Source: Candidatus Electrothrix sp. GW3-4 (lineage in GTDB: Bacteria; Desulfobacterota; Desulfobulbia; Desulfobulbales; Desulfobulbaceae). From it: 32,000 nt of DNA. Positions 27,632-32,000 of this stretch are shown piece by piece. The position numbers and the translations under genes are program-made. The notes under the pieces were generated by a model. That model had not been told where the DNA came from, made no database searches, and was given only the letters and a program-made list of their open reading frames with translations. Location: positions 1,500,001 to 1,532,000 of the forward strand of contig NZ_CP147990.1 in the NCBI RefSeq assembly GCF_037902255.1, read 5' to 3'. How positions within the stretch are numbered: the stretch's first letter is position 1; each line of letters opens with the position of its first letter.

Positions 27632-27652
27632 GAAGAGAATCAGGAGAGAATT

Positions 27653-28003
27653 ATGCTTGAAGTAACTGCAACAGCACTGAACAATGTCAAAGAATATCTG
27701 GGTCAAGAAAATATTGAGTCCGCTGTCCGTGTCTTTATGATGTCTGGAGGCTGCTCAGGACCGGGGCTGGGTCTGGCCCTGGATGAGGCCAAGGAAAATG
27801 ACCTGACCTTTGAAGAAGACGGGGTGAGCTTTGTGGTGGAAAAGGGGCTGGCCGAGACCTGCGGAGCCATCAAGGTGGACTATCTTGAGTCCAGCAGTGG
27901 GTGCGGTTGTTCCGGTGGTGGCGGCTTCAGTATCAGCAGCGAAAAACCCTTACCTGCTGCAGCTGGAAGTGGCTGCAGCTCCTGCGGTGGTTCCTGCGGT
28001 TAA
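27653..28003 (+). CDS. HesB/IscA-like (A-type Fe-S carrier-like) protein with Gly/Ser/Cys-rich C-terminal tail
   Basis: The start is at ATG 27653 after caggagag. MLEVTATALNNVKEYLGQENIESAVRVFMMSGGCSGPGLGLALDE...GVSFVVEKGL...IKVDYLE...GFSISS follows the IscA/HesB layout (R-V-x-V-x-x-GGCSG...LD...GF-x-F). The tail SSGCGCSGGGG...AAAGSGCSSCGGSCG is atypical. The 45-aa N-terminal extension in the ORF track is unlikely to be real. Confidence 0.7.
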   Translation: MLEVTATALNNVKEYLGQENIESAVRVFMMSGGCSGPGLGLALDEAKENDLTFEEDGVSFVVEKGLAETCGAIKVDYLESSSGCGCSGGGGFSISSEKPLPAAAGSGCSSCGGSCG

Positions 28004-28024
28004 TGACAGAAGGGAGAGAGAAAC

Positions 28025-29314
28025 ATGAATGATTTTGAAGTAAAGGCCTACCCGGAGTTGTGGCAGTCTCTGGATATGGATGTGGCGCGTTTTGACAAGG
28101 CCCGCCAGATGCTGGGTGATGTCTATGCGCAAGCCTTCCTCAGTCAGGAGAATCGTCCCAAGGGCATGGCCTATTTTGATGAGATGATCGCAGAGCTGCA
28201 CGGCGGTCGGATCAAGGAGCTGGTGGCAGCCAAGGCAGAGGGGAAACCGGTGGTGGGCACCTTCTGTGTCTATATCCCGGAGGAGCTCGTTCTTGCTGCG
28301 GGCGGGGTCTGTATCGGACTCTGCGGTGGTTCGCAGGGATCGGTACCGGATGCGGAAAAGATCCTGCCCCGCAATATCTGCCCCATGGTCAAGTCAGCCT
28401 ATGGTTTTAAGGCTGGGCGGATCTGCCCCTATTTCCAGGTGGCGGATTTCCTCTACGGCGAGACCACCTGCGATGCCAAGAAAAAGACCTGGGAGCTGAT
28501 GGATCGGCTGATTCCCACCCATGTCATGGAGATTCCCCAGACCAAGAAGCCGCACAGCATTGCCCTGTGGCAGGAAGAGGTCCGGGCCTTTAAGGTCAAG
28601 ATGGAGGAGACCACGGGCAGGGAAATCACCGAGGCGGATCTGGCTGCGGCGATCAAGGTGATGAATAATAAGCGCAAGGCTCTGCAACGTTTGAACAGCC
28701 TGCGCCATCATTCGCCTACCCCGATTTCCGGTAAAGACGGCCTGCTTATTGAGCAGATTGCCTTTTATGATGATCCGGTCCGCTTTACTGAAAAGCTCAA
28801 CGCCCTGTGCGATGAGTTGGACGAGCGGGTCGCGCAGCAGGTGACGGTCCAGGGGCAGAAGAGCGCCCGGGTGATGGTCGCCGGGTCGCCTATGGCTCTG
28901 CCCAACTGGAAGGTGCATAACCTGGTGGAAGGGGCAGGGGCAGTGATCGTTAATGAGGAATCCTGCATCGGTACCCGCTATTTCAAGGACCTGATAGATG
29001 AGTCGGTCACGGGCATGGATAATATGCTGGCCGCGCTCACGGATCGCTACAAGGAGATCGACTGCTCTTGCTTTACCCCGAATAACGAGCGGATTGATCA
29101 GGTGCTCAAGGAGTTCCGTGCATCCGGGGCCCAGGGAATCATCAACTACTCTCTCCAGTTCTGCCATACCTATAATATCGAGGAAGTGCGGATCCGAGAG
29201 GCCTGTGATAAGGAAGGCATTCCCTATCTCTCCCTGGAATCTGATTATTCCCCAGAGGATATGGGGCAGATGCAGACCCGGATTGAGGCCTTTTTGGAAC
29301 AGCTGAGCGACTGA
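28025..29314 (+). CDS. single-subunit 2-hydroxyacyl-CoA dehydratase / benzoyl-CoA reductase (BcrC/BadD/HgdB) family protein, DCCP-like
   Basis: 429 aa. Its conserved-Cys layout is typical of this family: GTFCVYIPEELVLAAGGVCIGLCGG, NICPMVKS, GETTCDAKKKTWE, NEESCIGTRY, YSLQFCHTYNIE. It sits directly upstream of an activase ATPase. No second dehydratase subunit is nearby. Confidence 0.8.
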   Translation: MNDFEVKAYPELWQSLDMDVARFDKARQMLGDVYAQAFLSQENRPKGMAYFDEMIAELHGGRIKELVAAKAEGKPVVGTFCVYIPEELVLAAGGVCIGLCGGSQGSVPDAEKILPRNICPMVKSAYGFKAGRICPYFQVADFLYGETTCDAKKKTWELMDRLIPTHVMEIPQTKKPHSIALWQEEVRAFKVKMEETTGREITEADLAAAIKVMNNKRKALQRLNSLRHHSPTPISGKDGLLIEQIAFYDDPVRFTEKLNALCDELDERVAQQVTVQGQKSARVMVAGSPMALPNWKVHNLVEGAGAVIVNEESCIGTRYFKDLIDESVTGMDNMLAALTDRYKEIDCSCFTPNNERIDQVLKEFRASGAQGIINYSLQFCHTYNIEEVRIREACDKEGIPYLSLESDYSPEDMGQMQTRIEAFLEQLSD

Positions 29315-29342
29315 GTAGGGGCACGGCATGCCGTGCCCCTAC
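29315..29342. repeat. perfect 28-nt palindrome (REP-like hairpin) between the dehydratase-family gene and its activase
   Basis: gtaggggcacggca|tgccgtgcccctac starts 1 nt after the stop codon at 29312-29314. It is a perfect 14+14 inverted repeat with no U-tract after it. Confidence 0.85.
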
Positions 29343-29371
29343 TTGGAAAATCCCTAAGGAGAACGTGGAGT

Positions 29372-30121
29372 ATGTACATCGGTGTTGACCTGGGGTCCCG
29401 GACCGTGAAGATGGCGGTCTGGGATGGGGAGCGTTTGCTGGAGCACCGGATCATTGAGTCCGGCTTTGAACCCCATCGGCAGGCAGAAAAGATGCTCGCC
29501 GCGTTCCGGGCAGACAAGGTGGTGGCTACTGGCTATGGCCGCCATCTGGCTGCGGAGTATTTTGCCGATCAGGTCATCACCGAGATCAAGGCCCATGCCT
29601 TGGGTATTGGCCATCACCTGCCCGACTGCACCACCATCGTTGATGTGGGCGGGCAGGATTCCAAGGTCATCACCCTCAATGCTCAGGGTAAGGTGGCTAA
29701 TTTTCAAATGAATGATAAATGCGCTGCTGGTACCGGGCGCTTTTTAGAGATCATGGCGGCTTCTCTGGCCTATCCGCTGGCGGAATTTGGTCAGGCGGCC
29801 CTTGCTGGGGAGCAGGAGGTGCAGATCAACTCCATGTGTACGGTCTTTGCTGAATCCGAGGTCATCTCCATGAAAAATCGAGGTGTTCCTCGTGAGCAGA
29901 TTGCCCGGGCCGTGCATAGTTCCGTGGTTACTCGCCTGATTGCTATGCTTTCACGCACTGGATATGGTGAGGCGGTGGCCTTTTCCGGTGGGGTGGCTAA
30001 TAATCTCTGTATGGTGCAAATGCTCCAGGAACGACTCGGTGATACCCAGGTGCTGGTGCCGGAGTTCCCGGATATTACTGGGGCCCTTGGGGCGGCGCTG
30101 GCTGCGGCTGACGGATCTTGA
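29372..30121 (+). CDS. acyl-CoA dehydratase activase / BcrAD-BadFG-family ATPase (archerase-type electron-transfer ATPase)
   Basis: The start is at ATG 29372 (MYIGVDLGSRTVKMAVWDG, the ASKHA phosphate-1 motif). It also has VDVGGQDSKVI. NDKCAAGTGRFLE and NSMCTVFAESEVIS carry the two Cys that bridge the inter-subunit [4Fe-4S] cluster in HgdC-type activases. FSGGVANN is also present. Confidence 0.85.
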   Translation: MYIGVDLGSRTVKMAVWDGERLLEHRIIESGFEPHRQAEKMLAAFRADKVVATGYGRHLAAEYFADQVITEIKAHALGIGHHLPDCTTIVDVGGQDSKVITLNAQGKVANFQMNDKCAAGTGRFLEIMAASLAYPLAEFGQAALAGEQEVQINSMCTVFAESEVISMKNRGVPREQIARAVHSSVVTRLIAMLSRTGYGEAVAFSGGVANNLCMVQMLQERLGDTQVLVPEFPDITGALGAALAAADGS

Positions 30122-30236
30122 TCAGATGAGCTGTACGCTCTCCTTGCGCTGAAGTAGACCTTCCTGACTATACATCCCATACGTTTTCTAGAATCCCTTC
30201 CCTATATTAAACCAGCACGGTTTTTTATCATCATAC

Positions 30237-30299
30237 GTATCACGGCAAATTCGTTATACATATAATGACAGACTCGTATCGAGTATCACAACGAATTCG
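30237..30299 (+). promoter_or_regulatory. imperfect 17-nt direct repeat pair plus 8-bp inverted repeat bracketing a TATAAT box
   Basis: gtatcacggcaaattcg (30237-30253) and gtatcacaacgaattcg (30283-30299) match at 14 of 17 positions. aattcgtt (30248-30255) is the reverse complement of aacgaatt (30290-30297). TATAAT lies at 30261-30266 between them. The role as promoter or operator is inferred only. Confidence 0.3.
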
Positions 30300-30463
30300 C
30301 ATTACGTCCCAAGGAAAAATCGTCTCAGGTATCCTTTTTTCTGCCTAATCAGCTTCCCTCCCGCCTTGAAAAACCTCTTGACAAGGCAACGTTCTGGAAT
30401 TACCCTGCAAAAAATCAATACTTATCGATCGGCGCAGCATTCCCCTCAACATTGGAGCATGTC

Positions 30464-30738
30464 ATGGCAAAGATCCAATGGCGGCCCAAAGTAAACGTTC
30501 TCACTGTTCCCCAATCCTACAAAATTCGCTTTGTCCCCCGCGACTCAGACGGAACAAATGATCTGGCCGTCGCGATGGCGTGACCGTCACGGCTGATGGT
30601 GATTATACCCTGCCGGGCTTTGCCGGATCAGCTGTCACCAGCCTGAACGTCCGGGTCAACGACTATGCTGCCCTGCTGGATTTGGTGCGAGATCAGTATT
30701 ACGGGCGGTTGGTGGATGTGCTGGATGTGAGGGGGTGA
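30464..30738 (+). pseudogene. two out-of-frame fragments of a degraded gene; N-terminal fragment resembles HU-like (Bacteroides-type histone-like) DNA-binding proteins
   Basis: Fragment 1 (30464-30583) reads MAKIQWRPKVNVLTVPQSYKIRFVPRDSDGTNDLAVAMA*. Fragment 2 (about 30562-30738, a different frame) reads ...GVTVTADGDYTLPGFAGSAVTSLNVRVNDYAALLDLVRDQYYGRLVDVLDVRG*. Both are too short to be intact genes. The family assignment is from memory of the pattern 'npltg..-Y-k-.r-.v...g..d..dla..ia' and is tentative. Confidence 0.3.
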
Positions 30739-30891
30739 GGTGTAAGAGAGGAGGGATTCTTCCTGTTTTTCTCCTCAGTATTGGACTAAGAGGAAGAATG
30801 AGAGTGGAAAGGTGATGAAAGGAAGGTTTCTCGCTTTTCGTCTCGATATATAACCAACAGCGATTAATCATCAAAAATAGGATCAATATCT

Positions 30892-31692
30892 ATGGGAAAG
30901 CAACTTGCCGTTCTTGGGAGCATTGCTTCAATCGTTGGCTTGGCATGTGCTGTTATTCAGTTTTGGCCTTTAAATGATACGACAGAGAATATTTCGAAAA
31001 CTAGAGCAGCGGACAATCCGTCACAGTCTGTAAACGTTACCGGAAACTCTGGAAATGTTATCCAGAGTTCTGGAGATAACGCCGTTATCAATACAGGAAG
31101 AGTAGAAACAACTATCAGGGTAGGTGATCCTAGAGCAGAGTATATCGAGTTAATTGATTTATTGGCACTTTTTGCAATCCCTAACTTCGAATCATATAAC
31201 GTACTCGGATGGGATGCTGGGACGGGGAAGAACAGCCCTATTTCATGGGAGTTTGATGGGATTCGAGAAGCCCCTGATTGGGCGAAAGACAAAGGAGCAT
31301 ATTATCGTGAAGGAAAGGTAGTTATGACAGTTAACGGAAAGGTAACTCATCATCTGCTTAAAAAAACACCAGAACCTGTCCCATGGCGAATTATTCTTCA
31401 CGGTCCCAGGATGGGAGTAACCGGAGTCACGATTGATACAAATATTATATCTCAGGAAATGGGTCCTCTCTTGCATTATTCAAAAAGTTTGTTAGCCGTT
31501 TCTAGAAAAGTAAAGTGTGAGCCGACGTCAGCTAGTGACGGGTTGGAAATTTATGAAGTAAATATAGCGGGGAGGAATCCTATTTGGCTAGAATTTACTT
31601 GGTCCTGTGGAAGCGCAGGATGTGCTTCGAAATTTTATATTATGTATTCTCAGAAAGAGGCATTAGCCAGAGATTGCACATGGGACTTATAG
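30892..31692 (+). CDS. hypothetical N-terminally anchored protein, no family recognised (very AT-rich orphan)
   Basis: A 266-aa uninterrupted ORF. It has an N-terminal TM/signal-anchor (LAVLGSIASIVGLACAVIQFW) and a low-complexity N/S/G/V stretch (SQSVNVTGNSGNVIQSSGDNAVINTG). The C-terminal domain contains Cys (SCGSAGCASKF...DCTW). No recognisable motif. Confidence 0.55.
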   Translation: MGKQLAVLGSIASIVGLACAVIQFWPLNDTTENISKTRAADNPSQSVNVTGNSGNVIQSSGDNAVINTGRVETTIRVGDPRAEYIELIDLLALFAIPNFESYNVLGWDAGTGKNSPISWEFDGIREAPDWAKDKGAYYREGKVVMTVNGKVTHHLLKKTPEPVPWRIILHGPRMGVTGVTIDTNIISQEMGPLLHYSKSLLAVSRKVKCEPTSASDGLEIYEVNIAGRNPIWLEFTWSCGSAGCASKFYIMYSQKEALARDCTWDL

Positions 31693-31822
31693 CTTTTTGG
31701 TCTGGTTACTCTTAACGTTATGTCTAGAGCAAATTTCATGCATCATTTCGGCGCAAGGCCGCATTCTATTAGGTAGCGTAGCCCCCATGAAAGAGATGCC
31801 TGTATGCCCCTAAAAGAACCTT

Positions 31823-32000
31823 ATGCAAACAATAGCCATCCCTGATTCCGGCACCCTAACCCTTGCCACCATCGTCTGCGATTACAACGGTACCTTGGCA
31901 GTAGATGGCATTCTCTTACCTGGGGTGAAAGAGGCAATCAACAAGGTCACGGATATTGATATCCATGTCATCACTGCTGATACCTTTGGTATAGCCGAAG
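31823..32000 (+). CDS. HAD-superfamily hydrolase (soluble P-type-ATPase-like, COG4087-type), N-terminal part only
   Basis: MQTIAIPDSGTLTLATIVCDYNGTLAVDGILLPGVKEAINKVTDIDIHVITADTFG. The D-Y-N-G-T-L-A motif I and the ITADTFG block match my memory of this small HAD family. The ORF continues past the right window edge. Confidence 0.6.
   Translation, partial: MQTIAIPDSGTLTLATIVCDYNGTLAVDGILLPGVKEAINKVTDIDIHVITADTFGIAE

Noticed and set aside
27141-27652. Riboswitch in the long gap upstream of the HesB-like gene
   Set aside because: I could not find the conserved cores of the TPP, cobalamin, SAM-I, c-di-GMP-I or fluoride riboswitches by eye. This does not exclude other RNA families and needs a covariance-model scan.
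28394-29329. 311-aa minus-strand ORF
   Set aside because: It is antisense to the dehydratase-family gene. The translation is Gly/Leu/His/Pro-rich with no motifs, so it is a shadow ORF.
1-32000. Known defence systems, CRISPR arrays, prophage, integrase or transposase genes, and toxin-antitoxin pairs
   Set aside because: I saw no repeat-spacer periodicity. No ORF has recombinase, nuclease-helicase, methyltransferase or other defence-associated motifs that I can recognise. The only mobile-element hints are the compositional anomalies and gene remnants at 23.3-24.6 kb and 30.1-31.8 kb.

Overview
This window looks like mostly core chromosome from a Gram-negative anaerobe. My guess is a Desulfobulbales-like deltaproteobacterium. 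That is inference only, from gene content (waaA, an Isf-type iron-sulfur flavoprotein, a HesB-like / dehydratase-family / activase cassette) and GC-rich REP-like palindromes. The genes I can support, left to right: nupC-like nucleoside transporter (partial, -), two NfeD paralogues, a decayed SPFH gene remnant and an intact SPFH/band-7 gene, a secreted MORN-repeat protein, nnr, a CBS-pair protein, a lone livF-type ABC ATPase, a Gfo/Idh/MocA oxidoreductase, a compact ParC-type topoisomerase subunit A (-), coaX (-), trmFO, a universal stress protein (-), a periplasmic cyclophilin-FKBP fusion PPIase (-), waaA, an Excalibur-domain membrane protein, an Isf-like flavoprotein, carA-carB, a low-GC orphan gene, NAD-malic enzyme, a TM2-domain protein, a HesB-like protein, a single-subunit 2-hydroxyacyl-CoA-dehydratase/benzoyl-CoA-reductase-family protein with its activase ATPase, an AT-rich patch with gene remnants and a second orphan gene, and the start of a HAD-type hydrolase. 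I found no rRNA, tRNA, CRISPR array, integrase or transposase, and no recognisable defence system. The best candidates for undescribed biology are: (1) the HesB-like/DCCP-like/activase cassette with its 512-nt gene-poor upstream gap; (2) the two low-GC orphan membrane-anchored proteins (23311-24627 and 30892-31692) and the remnant-rich patch around the second; (3) the nfeD-nfeD-remnant-SPFH arrangement. All functional calls come from my reading of the translated ORFs against remembered family motifs. No database search was run.
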